This document shows, piece by piece, positions 12,501-26,748 of a stretch of 64,000 bases of DNA; position 1 is the stretch's first letter; each line of letters starts with the position of its first letter. Origin of the DNA: Lama guanicoe (lineage: Eukaryota); assembly GCA_013239625.1 (NCBI GenBank), contig MU053934.1, forward strand, positions 4,234,399 to 4,298,398, written 5' to 3'. The position numbers and the translations under genes were made by a program. Under the pieces are notes generated by a model. The model saw only the letters and a program-made list of their open reading frames with translations. It ran no database searches and was not told where the DNA came from.

Positions 12501-15500
12501 CCTTTTAGCTTCCTGAAATCTCTCCAAAGTGAGATGCAGGGTGACCATCACCTTTACAGGAAGCTGGGCTTGGAGAAATTAAGGGGCTTGTCCATGACAA
12601 GTATCTGGTGAACAGTGAGGCCAGAGGGTCTGACTCAAAGCAGATGCCCCTTCTGGCCCCCAGGTGGCCCCCAGGCACCGGGCCAAGCACCAGGGGAGAA
12701 TCTGTCCCTGGAAAGGCGGGGTAGGGGCAGGGAACCCCAGGGCCAGGATGAGCTTGAGGAGACCTGCTGATCCATCTGTGCCCCCGAGGGACCCAGCGCT
12801 GCCGGGAACCTGGCCGGCGGAGTCTCACCCAGCCCGAAGAAAAGCCGAGCTTTCTGAGCTGTGCTGCTCAAAGCCAGAGAAGCAGAAGTTGGCAGGAGTC
12901 TCTCAGTCCTCGGTCAGCCTGACATTAGACAGAAAGGCCCCCTGCCCACTCCCTACCTGGCCCTCCACCCTGGAGCCCAGCGGCTGGAAGCCTTGCTCAA
13001 GGCCAGAGACCCGCTGGTCCTGGTGGGGGAGCATCTCAGCCTCCTGTGAGAGAGCTGTGTGGCTTTGCCTCCCTGGGCCTTGTGTCCTCATCTGTCAAAA
13101 GTGCCATCATGCCGTGTACCTAGAGGAATCCTGGTAAGGATGAGAGGAGAACAAGTACAGAGCCTTGCGCTTACCCACCGGCTCCCTAGCTTCCTTCTCA
13201 GGCTGGTCCACAGGCAGGTCTTTCTGAAGTCAAGCAAGATGGTCCAGGAAAACAAACCTGGGGTCTCTGAAAAACACAGCACTCACAGACTGCTCTGGAT
13301 CCACCTCTGCACAGCTCCCAGTTGCTGTGTGACCCCGGGCAGGGTACTAAACCTCTCTGTGCTTCAGTCTTCACCCTGTCTCATCAGGTAAATCACAGAT
13401 ACATGAGTGGTTGTGGAGGAATGTCCCTGGGGTTGAGTTTTTCTTTTTTGGGGTGGAGTGCGGAGCATGGCAAGCGTCCTTTCCCAAGAAGACTGTAGGC
13501 TTGGGGTGGGGGTGCTCTGCTCTGGAGGTGACACTCCCAGTCACAGAATGGAGAAGCGCCCAGGGTCTCCCTTCTTGCTTTCTGGGAGGACTCCCTGGGG
13601 GCTGAGAGGGACTGGCCCAGCCTGGGTTTTCCTCCAGGGCCTCGGATGGCATTACCTATGCCCAGATCCTCTGGCCTGTGTTGGCCACTGGGCGGGGAGG
13701 GACTCAGAACTGCCCTGCTTTAAGCAAACCTGCTAAGCAGAAAATCCAAAGGGGCCTCAAAGGCAAATTTTAGAATGCTCTCTTACTCTATGAAAGGATC
13801 TTTATTTTATACAAAGCTTCCCACTCAAATTCCATTAACTTGACCCCTTCCCTGGCAGGGGTGGCAGGGGAGGGTAAAATGAGAATCATTTGGCACCAAA
13901 ACAATCTCCCGAAGGAGGCACCTGAGCATGGAGGGAGGTGCTAAAGGATTGGGATTTGGGGGTCCAGCTGGGAGCCCTTGGAGCAACTCTCTGGAAAAAG
14001 GGGCAGCAGAGAGTGAGGTGGGAGTGGCTGGAGGAGGAGAACAGGGTGGCGATCTGCTGAGGGAGTCACTAGGTCCGGGTGTCCAACCTGGTTCAGGTCC
14101 TGAGCAGCTGCACCTCCATCCACACCGCAGCCCTGCGAGGTGGGGACTGTTGAGCAGGCAAAGTCACAGGAGGAACGTGGGGCTCAGAGTGTGAAGTGGA
14201 GGCGCTGGGCCAGGCTGAACTGTAACTTCAGTGCCGTGGAGACCTGCCTTCTCTTAGTTTGCTGCCTCAGTCCTCACACAGGCAAGGCACACTGTAGGTG
14301 CTCAATAAATGTTTGCAAGTGAAGAGCAGAAAGAAGTCGGGTATGACTGACTCAAAGCCACCACACCTTTTCCCACTTGGACCAGATGAACCTGAGGATG
14401 TATCCTGTGGTCTCCGGGGCCTGGAAGAAGGGCAGGTGTGGGCAGAGCCCAGTCAGCTTCCCGGACACCCTCTTGGGATCCCGGCGGGGGCAGTCATGGT
14501 GAATCATGTCATGCCTACATATGGCCACCAGAGGTCGCTCCGTACCGCCAGCCGCAGTGAGACCAGCCTCCTAGGCGACTCCTAGCGGTGGAGGAAGGAA
14601 CTCATCTTGGAGAAACAGCCGGATACCGTGGGAACAGGTCTGTACCATCTGTAGGATGGGCTGAAGGGCCGCAAAAGGCACAGAGGAAGAAACGGGCCCA
14701 GAGGAGGGTGGCTGGTCCTGGAGACACACAACCAGTCCACGGCAGAGCTGAGAGGTCCCCGCCTCATGGGTGTGCAGAGGGTCTGCTCTTGCTGGGGCAT
14801 GTTATGGTCCACTTTGTCTGGATTCCCCCAGACTTCTGGACTGCAAGGTAGAGGTGGGGTCGGGGAGGGCAAGGCTGGTACAGGGGGAGCATGGGGTGGG
14901 ACCACGGGGTGCACTTGGCTGTACCACCAAGGCCACGACCCTCTTGGTAGCCACCTCGTCCATCAGGGCCGGCCCAGCCGGTCACGCTGGGGTATAGCTC
15001 ATCCCCATTGATGTGGAAGCGTCACCAGGTGAGGTAGGTGCTCCAAGGGGGTCTGGCTCGGCAGCTCTGTCAACCTGGCTTGGCCCTCGCTGACCCTGGG
15101 ATCCCACACCTGAGAGTCAGGGCTGGACCTGGAGGCCAGGCAGCTGAGCCGTGCTGAGAGGCAGTGAGGCCAGGCCATGCTGGGCCTTGCAGACCAGGCG
15201 AAGAGTTGGGCTTTTTCCTGGGGCAGCGGGGAAACTCTCGGGTGGCGGTTAAGTTGAAGAGCAGCGGGGTCCTTCCAGCTACTGCTGGGCGAGTGAGGTG
15301 TGGGTGGGAAGCTGGGTGAGGAGGCCATGGTCTCCTGTGCCTACAGCCCAGCTCACCCTGACTAGCGGAGCAGGGGACTGGCCCTCTGGCTGTCTCCTGT
15401 CAGCCCTCCACGCTGGGAGAAGAGGCCTGTTTTCCTGGCTCTTTGGCATCACGATCCTGCAAGAAGCCCTCCCTGGCTCCCTGATGCTGGTCGGGGTAAC

Positions 15501-17716
15501 ATGCGTACCCCTCACCCAGCTCTACCCACTCCCACCCAGAGCTCCTTTAGCTGCAGGGCCCTGACCCCTCCCTCCCACCAACCTGGGGACTCACCTTCCA
15601 GGCCCAGCTCAAACGTCTTCCTCTGAGATGCCCTCCTGGCCAGTCTGGGCATCAAGGTCTCTCCCCGGTGGCCCCATCCTTTGGGAGCTCAGCGCTCACC
15701 ATGTTAGCTGGGTTCTCGGCCAAGACCTGGGTGGGTAGAGACACTGCTGAACGCGGGGACTGGCCCAGCGGCACACGCAGCATTCAGGGACTGGGACGCG
15801 AGAAAGGGCGACAGAGGGAGTCTGGGACAGAGGGGCCCAGCGGGGAGGGAGAAACCATCTGAGCCCCACCCGGAAGTCCCTGAATGTCCGAGCCATGCAG
15901 GCCTTGGGGAGGCCCCTCGCTTCTCACCCAGCTGGGGAGGTGGGACAGGCTGGTCTTCAGCCACGGCCACAGATCACCTGGAGGCTGGTCTGCCGGACTC
16001 TTACCGTTGGGCACTCTCACCGTTGGTCAGCGAACTTCTCCTTAGCATGACGTGAGAGAGCGTGTCCTCCCCCAGCACAGCACGGCTGCGTTAGACGGGG
16101 TGGGCAGAGAAGAACCAAGCTACCCCTCCCCACGCATCCTCAAGGCCCTCCATCCACCCTGAGTTCCCAACAATCGATGTGTCACTGTGCACTGCTGGCT
16201 CTCCTGATTCAGCGCCCCCTCTCCAGCCTGGGGTAGGCTTCCCCCTGAACCCCCAGTCTGCCCTCTATGTGGCAGCTGGACCCTCCTTCACTGCCCCTAC
16301 TTCCATCCTTACCTGAGCAAACGAGGCCCACAAAGGCCTGGCCCCTGCCCACCTCTCCGGAGCCATCTCTCAACTGTCCCCCCACAATACTCATCCCCGC
16401 CCCCTGCTCCCTCCACCCTGGCCACACCAAATGGCCTTGTTTTCTGAAAATGTCACCCTCTTATTCTTCAGGGCTTTGTGTAGACACTCAGAGTTCTGCC
16501 TCAATTCCTTCCTCTCTGGTTGAACTGCAGGTCAAGTTTAGTTCAATGTCCCTCTTGGGTCTTGGCGCCCCATCCTGGGCACGCCCACGGCCCGAGACGG
16601 CACTCTGCTCATGGAGCTGTCCTGTTGCTCCACGTCTGCTTAACGGCAGACCCCCTCAGGGTGGCAAATTTGTCCTGCTCTCCCGTGTCCCCAGCCCCAG
16701 CAGAAGCAGCACAAAGATATGCTGCAAAGTTTTGCAAACAATAACAAGGGTATTCAATTAATAAACATTTATTGAGCACTGACTGTCTACATAGCCCTGT
16801 GCTAAACCTCGTAGTGGGTTACATAATGCAAGGCCCCTCAACTCTCAAAAGAGCTCCAGACTAGATAGCATTCAAGTGGGAGGTTCTGCCCCCATGAGGG
16901 TGGTCAGGGGCTTTGGCAGGGGTTTGCCAGAACACGTGCCTCCTGAACACCCGCTGGCTTCCCTGGGCTCCACCCGCACAGCGCTCTCCAGGAAGACCCT
17001 TTAGACTGTGTCCCCCCTTAGAATCTGTGCCCCTGGGCAGGGACCACAGTGGGTGCCTATTTCCTCTGCACAGGGTCGGGCATCTCTGGAGCTCATTAAA
17101 TATTTGCTGAGTGATGGCTAGAAAGAACACCAGGACAGCAGGCAAAGGGCAGTGGTCACAGGCCAACCCAGGGCGCAGGGTCTGAGTTGATGGCTCACTT
17201 GCCAATGATGATGCTCTGGCAGACGCTTTAACAATGCCTCATCTCCGACCCCCTTTTAATTGCTGCTCCATAGGCTTAATCCTCCAGTGATCTCTGGGGT
17301 AGGAGGGTAAGGGCTTCACCCTACTTTATACATGAAGAGAATGGGGCTCAGGAGGTGAAGGGACTCCCTCAAGGCCACCTAGGTGGCAAGTGGTGGAACT
17401 GGTGTTGGAACTCAGGTCTAATCTCAAACCCAGCGCTCTTCTTGCGTTGCTGCTCCTTAGTGAGCTCTTCCACTCTGGGGAATCCACTCATGCTGCTTCT
17501 GGGTTCTCATCTTTTCTTAGGAACCAGGTCAAAGGGGAGTGACTTTCTGAGTCCCAAATAAACCCGAGGCCTCCTGTGAGGGGCCTGGAACCTTAGCCAA
17601 GAGCATCAGAAATCAAGGGACAAGGTCCTGCCCCAGACCCAGTTGTTGCTGGTTTATCTGCCCCTGTTGCTCTAGCTTCCTGGGGAAGACTTTCCCAGTC
17701 ATTTATCAGCCACTTA

Positions 17717-17850
17717 TCCATCCATCCATCCATCCATCCATCCAACCATCCATTCCTCCAACCACCCATCCATCCATCCCTCCGACACCCATCTACCCAT
17801 CATCCACCCATCATTTGTCCATCATCCATCAGACCATCCCTCTATCCATC
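17717..17850. repeat. (CCAT)n tetranucleotide repeat, degenerating rightwards
   Basis: 'tccatccatccatccatccatccatccaaccatcc...' seen directly. Confidence 0.9.
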
Positions 17851-20800
17851 CTTATTAACTTGCTCACTAGTCACAATTATCTTTGATACATATCAGGACT
17901 GTGCTAGGGAGATTAGATACAGCCTCCACCATCTGAGTCAATAAAATGTAGCAGGTGTAGATATCATGACAGATGATGTGGCAGTGGGGACACAAAGTGA
18001 CAATCTAGATGGAGTGTCTGGGGACTGTAGTGGGGAAGGTGTCCTAGAGGAGCTGGCACCACTCTTGCCACGTCTCTGAGGCTACTGGTGTGCAGTGGAG
18101 AAACCTGTCCAAGGCCGGCCCCCACTTCTGACACATCACCAGTGCTCTGTGAAGCCACTTCCCCGCTGTTAGGGTGGGACATCCTCGTGGAAACTACCTG
18201 GCCCACTTCACTGGGCCATTCTGAGGCTAGAAGGACAGACACAGCTTGGAGAGAGCTGGGGCAACAGCAAAGTCCTCACAAGCACTGGCTACTTAGACTG
18301 TCCTTCCTGGCTCAGGATGGAGGGATGGGGTCTCGCCCCAGCTATTAGGGATCCTTGGCCACTGGATGTGTGTGTGGTCATCCTGCCTGTCACACTCTGG
18401 CCCTGCAGGGCCTTGGAGGCAATTACCTACCTGCCCCACTGAGCCCAAACTTCCAGACTCCCAAGTCTCCCAGCAGAAGTGGGGGCCTAAGGGTGGCAGA
18501 TGGCTCCCCAGACTGGCCCTGAACCCAACCCTTGATCATCCCTTCCAACCTTAAAGCATGGCCACCATCTTCTTGGTACCCCACAATAACCCCGGGAAGG
18601 AGGCAGGGCAGGAGCTGGGAGCCCTATTTTGCAGGTGAGAAAACTGAGGTCTGAGAAGCTAAGTGGCCTGTCCCAGCTGGCGGGCAGGCCCCTGGAGAGG
18701 CTGAAAGCTGGGGCTCTGGTGTCCTGGAGGCCTGTGGTGAATTCTGGCTCTGCCATTGAATCACTGTGTGACCCAAGGCTTAACCTCTCTGGGCCTCGGT
18801 GCCTCATCTGTAAAAGGGGTACTGATGGTGCAGAGTGGACGTAAAGATTCAATGAGATAGAGTTTGGAAAATGCTTAGTGCCGTGCCTGGCACACGTGGG
18901 GCACCCAATAGTTTGGAAAATTGTGAACACTGATTTAGGTCTCCTGCCTCCCAAACTTGTTTCCCCTCTACCTCTCACCAACCCCACCCACCCACCCACC
19001 CCGCCTTTCCAAGGACTGAAGACAGCAGCTGGCAGTAGGAGGTGGTTGCTTTAAATATGAGATGAGGAGAACAAAGGGAAAATAGAACAGGGTGGTGGCT
19101 TGGGGATAAAATTTAACAACTCCCCTCCCAGACTTGGGGGAGGGATCTGAAGGACACCATCAGATGTTCCTGCCTCCTAGTCTCAAGGAGCTGAGCCTCG
19201 CTTCACCGCTCAGTCGGCCTGCTGTGGGGAGGGGAGATGCTGGGCTGGGACCCTGAGACCCAAGGGGACACCCCTGTCTGCCTGTAGGCTCTGTTCTCCA
19301 GAGAAGCAGGAAGCAGGCTAAGCGGAGAAGCTCTGGTGCTTCTCCGCATCACTTCCAAGACGGCATTAAATATTCACCAGATTTCTCCACAGGCCCGCTG
19401 AGAGCTTCAAAGGCAGCCGGCCCCCTTGGCGGCATGCCCAACGCCTTGGTTGCCGTGGGGCCCCTTCCTTGCTCCTCATCTCACACTGACTGCCTTGGTG
19501 CCCCCGCCCCTTCCCACCCCGTACTCTGGTGTGGCCTGTGGTTCTGGCGTCTGTGTGGGCCCCCATGGGGGGAACCTTTATTTCATTCTCTCTGATCTGG
19601 AATCTGGCCAGCACTCACTGCTCTCCCAGGCAGGGGGCTGGGGCCCTGAGGGTTGGGACCTGTGACTCCAGGTGTGCCCAGAAAAGGCTGCCAACTTCCC
19701 CTTTGCGGACTCTGGCTGGGCCCAGCAGGGGAACTGAGGTGTCGGTGGGCAAATCACTGCCGCCCACACACAGAAGGAGTGGAGGGGCTGGGCTGGCGGC
19801 GGCCGCAGGGCTGTGGTCGCTGTCTCCACGAGTGAATGCCCGGGGCTGCTGCCGTCTGAGCAGGAGCCCGATGAACTGCGGCTCGGACATGCCATGGCGA
19901 CCCCAGCTCTCCATGGGCTGGGGGGTAAACAGCAGGCCTGTGAACACAGCTCATGCCCTGATGAGTGGGGACAGTGAGGCTGGCAGGCCGGGGTCTGGGT
20001 CCCTGCTGGAGTCACTTCTGAACGGACCTGGGCAAGAGCTCTCACCCACCCAGCCTGAGTTCGTTCATTTGTGAATGGGGACAGTGATCACCACCCTGGA
20101 GGTCTGTTGAGAATACAGGACATCACAGTCACGAGGGAGGGAGCCCACTGCCTGCCAAGTAGGGGGCACTCAACAGATGGAAGTTTCCTCCTCCTCAAAA
20201 CCTGCGACCCTCCCACCTTCAGCCCGCTCTCCCTCCTTCCCGCCCCCTCAGGAACTCCACGCCTAAATACTCCACTTTCCCGATCATCTACCTCACCAGC
20301 TTCCTTGGGGCATGGATTTATACGCACGTCGTTGTCCCCTCAATGGAGGCGCCCTCCCCAGGCGTTCACCCTGTCTCATCCCTCCCCTGGAAGATGTCAT
20401 GGCCTAGTTCAATGCCACCTCCTCTGTGACATGTTGCCTGGAACTGCATCCTCCCTCTCCTCCTAGCAGGTATTTAAATGTGTCCTGCTTTTCTGTCCAG
20501 GGTCCGCCTCCCTCAACAGACTGCCAGCCCTGTGCTCCCAAGGGCTGCATGTCCCTCACTGTGATGACCCTCCCCTTTTCAGCCCCTGTCAGCAAATGCC
20601 GGTGGGATCACTGGCCATGAGCAGGGAGGGGCCTGGGAGGAAGGTCAGGGTGACCATGGCTGGCGCGGGTCTTGGGGAGTAGAGGGAAGGAAAGCCTCTG
20701 AGGTCAAGAGAAGAAATGCCAGGGAAACACAGATGCCATGGTCCCTGGTCACCTGGTCCAGCCCGACAGTGACCACACTGCCTTCTGGGAGCAGGATGGC

Positions 20801-22519
20801 GAGGCGAGTGGGGAGGGGTCTGCAGTGGACAGAAGTGCGCCTGGACCGTGCCTGCTAGGGCGGCACTTCACAAGCTGATATTGCTGAATTTCCACCCCGT
20901 CCCCGGAGCTGGGTGTCAGCATCCCATCTCCAGGTGGGAAGACAGCAGCTTGCCCACGCACCCGGAACGTGTGCCACCTGGGCATCTCTTGCTCCAGATG
21001 CTGCCAGTGACACCCTAACACCTCAGGAGGCTGGTGCCTTTTATTCCCATTTTATAGACAAAGCAACTGAGGCACAGAGAGGTTGGGGAGAGCGGAGCTG
21101 GGCCCAATCCAGGCCTGTGGACCTCAGGGCCCACACTCCCCACTGCCACCCCAACACCTTGGATGAGAGCTGAGCCAGCCTCACTCTTTGGCACCCACGT
21201 GTGGCAGATTACAGGAGAGAACAGCTGCAAAGCCGGCAGTTAGTAAACCGAAACTATTCCAGGCCTTGGCGCCCCCTCTCCTTTCATTCCATCTGCACGC
21301 CTCGCCAGTCTCTCCAGCAGCACCTGGCGTGGCACAGGGCTCAGGGCAGCACAGGCCCAAGGTCAAGGAGCTGCCCACCCCCTGTGCCCCCCCCAAGTCC
21401 CCGAGGGCCAGGACCCGCTCCACAGTTAGATCCAGATGGTCAGCCTTGGGGCAGTGACCTTGACTTTTCGTTCTTCCGTCTGCCCCACTGCACTCAGCTC
21501 AGGGCCCCATGCACAGCGGCAACTCAGCCAGCACTTGTGAAGTGCACGAGGGGACCGACGGTGCTCCTCTCCCTGCTCAGCAGCGCTGGTCTTTGAGCAG
21601 AGCTTAGCTGAAGGACGCGGTACAGTCCAGCAGATCCCATTACAAATGGACCCTCCACCTCTGGAGGGCGTGCCTGGGCCAGATGCCGGGACTGCCAGCC
21701 TGAATGTGCTGGGTGGGCCATCTCAGGAGTTCCCCGTGAGCGTTGGGGAGGGTGGCTGGGGAGAATGACAGGTGATCCCAGCTCTGTCCAGACCTGGCAT
21801 TGTCAGGTCTGCGACTCAGATTCAGGGGCCAGCCCCTGAGTGGAGGGGGCTTCTCGGGTCTGCAACGTGGCTCCTCATCCTCAAGTCCCTCCTGCCCCCA
21901 TGCATTTACTCCCACTGTCCCTTGGCCTGGAGCACCTCCTCCCCAGGCAAAATCCGCTTTCCCTTCAAGAGCTAGCTTTCAGGGCTCTCCCTGCCAGAGG
22001 CTCCCCACTACTCCCAGGCTGGGCCTGGAGGCCCTCCTTCCACCCCGACAATGCCCTATCCTGTCTCTCATTATATCACTGTCCACGTCCAGCTGAAACA
22101 GCTGGGTTCAAGTGTTCCTCTGCAGTAGACTGTGAGCTCACCGAGGGCAGGGCCTGTGGCCTTTCCGTCTTTGTGTCCCCACTCCTGGGGCCTGGCACTC
22201 AACGGCTGCCAAGTAAATTGTTTTTTAACTGAATTCCATCGTGTGAGACTGAAAACTTCATTACTGTGGCTCAGTCAGGCCACCAAAGGTGTCTCAGTGT
22301 CCACATGGCCCCGTCCAACCTTGCCCAGCCCGCACTTGCGACGTAACGGGGAGCGGACAGGGCCCGGGTGCGTGGGGTTGTTCCTGGGCACTGGGTGTCC
22401 AGCAGCCTCGCTGTCTGGCCAGAAGCCTCTCCAGTTCCTGGGACCCAGCACAGCCTGAGGACACAGCATGCCCTCCCCCAACCTCAAGAAGCTGTAGATC
22501 AAAGTCAGTTTTCAGTTAT

Positions 22520-22525
22520 TTTAAT
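22520..22525 (-). terminator. DNAL4: DNAL4 polyadenylation signal (ATTAAA variant)
   Basis: TTTAAT on + equals ATTAAA on -, in an AT-rich patch ~960 nt after the DNAL4 stop codon. Confidence 0.6.
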
Positions 22526-23482
22526 TGTAAAAACCGAGACACTTATATAAATAAGACCGCTGTGTAAAATAGGATTCACCCTTCTACTAAAACCCTTCTC
22601 CCCACACTCAGAAAGAAGATAGAAAACCCAGCAGAGATAAGAAGTACAAATCAGCATGCGGTCCCTGATGAGAAGTAAGTGGCAGGCCAGGTTCCCTGCT
22701 GAAACAGGCCTCTCGGTGAGTGCACTCCTGGCCCAGGCGTCTCACCGGAGGCTCAGTGACACTTTGAGAAACTGCTCAGTCACAGTTCCCACACCCTCAG
22801 CCACTGGTTACCAACTGCACGGGTGGAGGCAACGTAAAAGGTTCACGCGGCCTGGCGGCTGGGGAGGAGGAGGGGACAGAGGGGGAAGGCTGCTTGGTCC
22901 TCATGCCAAAGCCAGGGGCTGTGGAGCTGGAGGTCCAGTGAGATGCAGTGGTTTGTTCAGCCTCGGGTCAGGCTAGGGAAGGGGCTTCTGGGGGGTCTGC
23001 GCTTCTCCAAAGGACAAGGAGACAAGCGACCAGTGACCCCCGAGAGGAGCGGCTCCCTCTTGAGGCCATCTGCATATGCCCGGTAAAAACAAGGACAGCA
23101 GACACCTGCCCACAGTGCCGGGGGTGGGAAGGCGGGGGGCTCCCGGGAGGCGAGGGGAGGGCAGCCGCCGAGAGAGGTGGGGCTGGCATGTCCCTGTGAG
23201 AAAAATTCCACCTTCCCCCTCCTTCTACCCTGTCACATCTCCCGGCTCCTCCCCTGCTGCCCCTTCACACCCGAGGACTCAGCGTGAGATGGCTGCGAGC
23301 CTGGGGACAGAGATGTCAACAAATTCACACACTGGGCGTGGCTCAGGATTCGGGTACACAGGACAACAGAAAAGACCAGGCTTTCCTTCGGAAAGCCAGG
23401 CCCTGCCTGGGGCTGCTCCCCATCCCAGAGGAAGGGCAGGAAAAGACCCTGCAGGGGATGGGGGCAGGGGTTGGGGACAGCG

Positions 23483-23647
23483 TCAGGAGCACTTCCAGAC
23501 ACACACAGCCAGGGTCCCCCCGAAGTACAGGTAGAGGAGGTTCTTCACCTCATGTGTGATCTCGAAACCAAAGCCTTCACCGATCACCACGTGCCAGGAG
23601 GAGCCGAACTTCTTGTCCATGGTCTCTTTGATCATCTTGGCGGCGCT
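23483..23647 (-). CDS. DNAL4: Dynein axonemal light chain 4, last coding exon
   Basis: ttccAG|AGC acceptor. Encodes SAAKMIKETMDKKFGSSWHVVIGEGFGFEITHEVKNLLYLYFGGTLAVCVWKCS*, the LC8-family fold, with TGA at 23485-23483. 165 nt. Confidence 0.97.
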   Translation of the reverse strand, partial: SAAKMIKETMDKKFGSSWHVVIGEGFGFEITHEVKNLLYLYFGGTLAVCVWKCS

Positions 23648-24939
23648 CTGGAACGGAGAGGGTGCTCATCAGGGGAGGGTATTTGGGGGAGAGAGTGGGC
23701 AGGCATCAATGCCCTCTCCAGGAAGCAGAAGTCTTGGCAAGGGAAAGGCCCTATTACTGTTGTTCTGCTCACGGAAACTTCAGGAAGGGTTTCTGCACAG
23801 GCCATCTCCTGACGGGCTGTGAGACCGGGACAGAAGACCAGACATTACCTCACCAGTCAGAAGACACTGGCAGGGAGGTCGAGCAGGCATCGTGGAGTTC
23901 TGGCTCTGCCCTTAGTGCTCGCTTCTGGTCTGCGGGCCACAGGGCTGTTCTCAGGGCTAAACGAACAAGCTCTCTGCGAGAAGACTGCGTGGAGTGGTGT
24001 TGCTGCGAGGGGCCAGGTTTACCTTCGGGGAACAGGAAGGCTTTTCCCTAATGGGTCTGGTAGACTCCTGGAAGAGAAGCTGGACTGCTTCCCTCAGCTG
24101 TGGCAATAGCCCACTCTTTCCTGTGCTCAGTCTTTCAAGAAGCCTCTTTCAAGGAGAGTCGAGGGAGGGGCAGAGGCCCGGCCTTTGAGGGGTAAGTCCT
24201 GGGCCCAGGCACTTGCTGTGCACCAGCAGGGTCCACCACCGAGCTGGGCGCCACGCTGCACGCCTCGCCCACATCATCACAGCACATACCGCCTCACGAC
24301 GGCCCAGCATGGAGGCAGCATCCTTGCCCCCAGTCATAGACGAGGAAAATGTCCAGGGTTAAAGAGCTAGGAAGGGCTGGAGACAGGATTTGAACCTGGG
24401 CTTGCCTGGCCCAAAGCCTGGGTTCTCACTGGCCAGGGTCTGCCTCCTCCCTGACTTCCATGACTCTGATTTCTTTCTTGCTCACCAACAGATTGATGAA
24501 TGACATTCCTGTATCAATGCCTAGCTGTCATCTCGCCAGCACCTAGGACAGTGCCTGGCACAGAGATGGTGTGTAACATCTCTTCTGAATGGATGAATGG
24601 ATACATGAATGAATGCCTGGGCGGGCCTCTGTTCTCCACTGGGATGGAGCTGATGGGGAGGTGCCCTACTCAGCAGCCCACCTGAGACAAGGAACCTGCG
24701 CAGGGGCGTCATGGAAAGCCCTCTGGCTCTTCTCCCTCTAGGGCTGGGCGTGATCAGTGTCTGGAGACAGCACCAGCCTCTGCCTTCACCGGCCTTCCCC
24801 ACGCTCCACAAGCTTCCAAGGAAGGCCCTAGCCTGGTCCCAGTGGGACCCTCTGGAGCTGGCTGTGGGAACAGGGGCTACTCAATTCACCCATAGGGGTC
24901 ACCAAAGACACGAGGGGCCGCCTGCACTGATGGCAATAC

Positions 24940-25023
24940 CTCGTTGTTGTTGGAGAATTTCTCACAGGCCGTGACACACAGCTCCATGGTCTCCACTCGC
25001 ATCTCCTCTGGCATGTCCGAGTG
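24940..25023 (-). CDS. DNAL4: Dynein axonemal light chain 4, middle coding exon
   Basis: ctccAG|CAC ... GAG|GTATTG, 84 nt, phase 0-0. Encodes HSDMPEEMRVETMELCVTACEKFSNNNE. Confidence 0.97.
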
Positions 25024-25339
25024 CTGGAGGCAGGGCAGGGGACAAACAGAGAGAGGCTTAGCCTATGACCTGGCTTTCTGGGCTGGCCTCTCTGTCCCAG
25101 GCTTAAGGCACAGACACTGGGAAGCTTCCTGGGCACAGCCCTGGGCAGAGCCCAGAGAGATGATCCATCTCCTGATGGAATCAAGCTGAGCCTCGTGGGC
25201 TCTAATGCCCAGGCCCCTCTGCAGCCAACAACTCCAGCCGACAGACATGGGGAAGAAGACTGGCCCAGGCAGGAGCATGCTGGCTACAGACATAGTTTAC
25301 CAGCAGACTCAGAGCAAAGCTGGCTCGCTCATTAGCCTG

Positions 25340-26530
25340 AAGAGCTGGCTCGGCCACTCTTAAGCCTCCTGCTTTCCCTCCTGCCTCCCTGGGTGCTCCT
25401 TCTTAGCCCACTTTGCTGGATTCCCTCCTCCTCCCAAGTACAGGAAAGCCCTGGACTTCATTGCCACCCTCGCCTCTTCTCCAGCTATCTGCTCTCTGGG
25501 ATCCCACCGTTTCCTGGATTTAGACATCTTTGATGTGGGGAGGGTACCCACATGTTCATTCTTAGCTTCAACTTCTTTTATGGGCTCTGGATTCATATAT
25601 CCAGCTGCCTGTTTGACATCCTCAGATGTCTGAGAGATAACTTGATTTTTCCCATAAACCTATTCTTCTGTTTTCCCTCTCTTGGTGATTGACACCATTT
25701 TCTCTCCCATGTTCAGGACAAAAGAGACCCTAAGAGGCACCCTTCACCCCCTTTCCCTCATATCCAGCATCCAATGTGCTGGTGAATTCTATTGCTCTAC
25801 CTTCAAGATCTGTCCAGAATCCTACCATGTCTTGCCACCTCTACTCTGTAAACTGGACCCAGCTGTCCTCGTCATTCTAGGCCTCTGTACTAGCATCCTC
25901 ACTGGTCTCCCCACTTCCATTCTGGTTCCTCCAAATCCATTCTCCTTCCAACAGCTGGAGTGATCTTTTTAGAAACAGAAAACAGATCGCATTACTTCTC
26001 TGCTTAAAACCCTCCACTCTTCCTCTTTGAACTCAGGATAGAATCCACATTTCTCATCGTGGCCCACCACGCCGTGAGGTCTGGCGTGAAGTCTGGCCCG
26101 GCTGTCACCCTGACACATGTCCTGCCGCCCCTCTCAGCGCTCTGCTCCAGGCACACTGGCCTTCCTTCCGTTCCTCCCCGGTGCTGAGCCCACTCCCACC
26201 TCGATTTCTCTGTGCCTGCTGCTTCCCCTGCTTGGGAAACACTCCTTCCCAGACCTTCGGAAGGCTTGCTCCCTAACTTTATTCAGGTCTCTGATCAGAG
26301 AAACCTCTCCAGAAGCCAACCTCTACTCTCTAGCCCCATACACTTGCTTTATTTTCCTTCATAGCACTTGTTACCTGGAACTATGTTCTTTAAACCTTCC
26401 TTTCATGTGGGCCAGGCCTTTGTCTGTCATGTTTACTACTATATCCACAGTGCCTAGAACAGTGCCCCGTATACAGTAGGTGGCCTAAATAAATAATTGT
26501 CAAATGGATGGATGAATGAAAGAATGAATC
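25340..26530 (+). mobile_element. L2 LINE 3' fragment filling most of a DNAL4 intron
   Basis: L2 hallmarks 'catatatccagctgcctg', 'ctctgcttaaaaccctcca', 'cacactggccttcct' and the terminal 'gtgcctagaacagtgcc...agtaggtg...aaat...tggatggatgaatgaa'. Left end approximate. Confidence 0.8.
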
Positions 26531-26679
26531 ACTGTTGACCCCTTGGTCTCTAGATCTGGACAGCAAGCCCTTCTGAACTTCTTCCCACTGCTATCCCGCA
26601 GGGGACAAGCTCCCCCCGCCCTCTAAGGCTCTGTGGGCCGGCCCTGCAGGCCACACTGCCTCCCTCCCCCGGGGCTTAC

Positions 26680-26748
26680 CCTGACCAGAGGGAAGGTCTG
26701 CAGCCGTTTATAATCAGCCTCATCTTTCTTCCCTTCTGTTTCTCCCAT
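26680..26748 (-). CDS. DNAL4: Dynein axonemal light chain 4, first coding exon (whole exon 26887-26680 incl. 139 nt 5'UTR)
   Basis: ggatcATGG start in good Kozak context, encoding MGETEGKKDEADYKRLQTFPLVR. Donor AGG|GTAAGC; acceptor ttttctacAG at 26889-26888. Joined CDS 69+84+165=318 nt gives 105 aa. Confidence 0.97.

Noticed and set aside
15995..16030. Short direct repeat ctcttaccgttgg/ctctcaccgttgg giving two minus-strand donor-like sites
   Set aside because: No matching acceptor, ORF or promoter could be linked to it, so there is not enough evidence for an exon.
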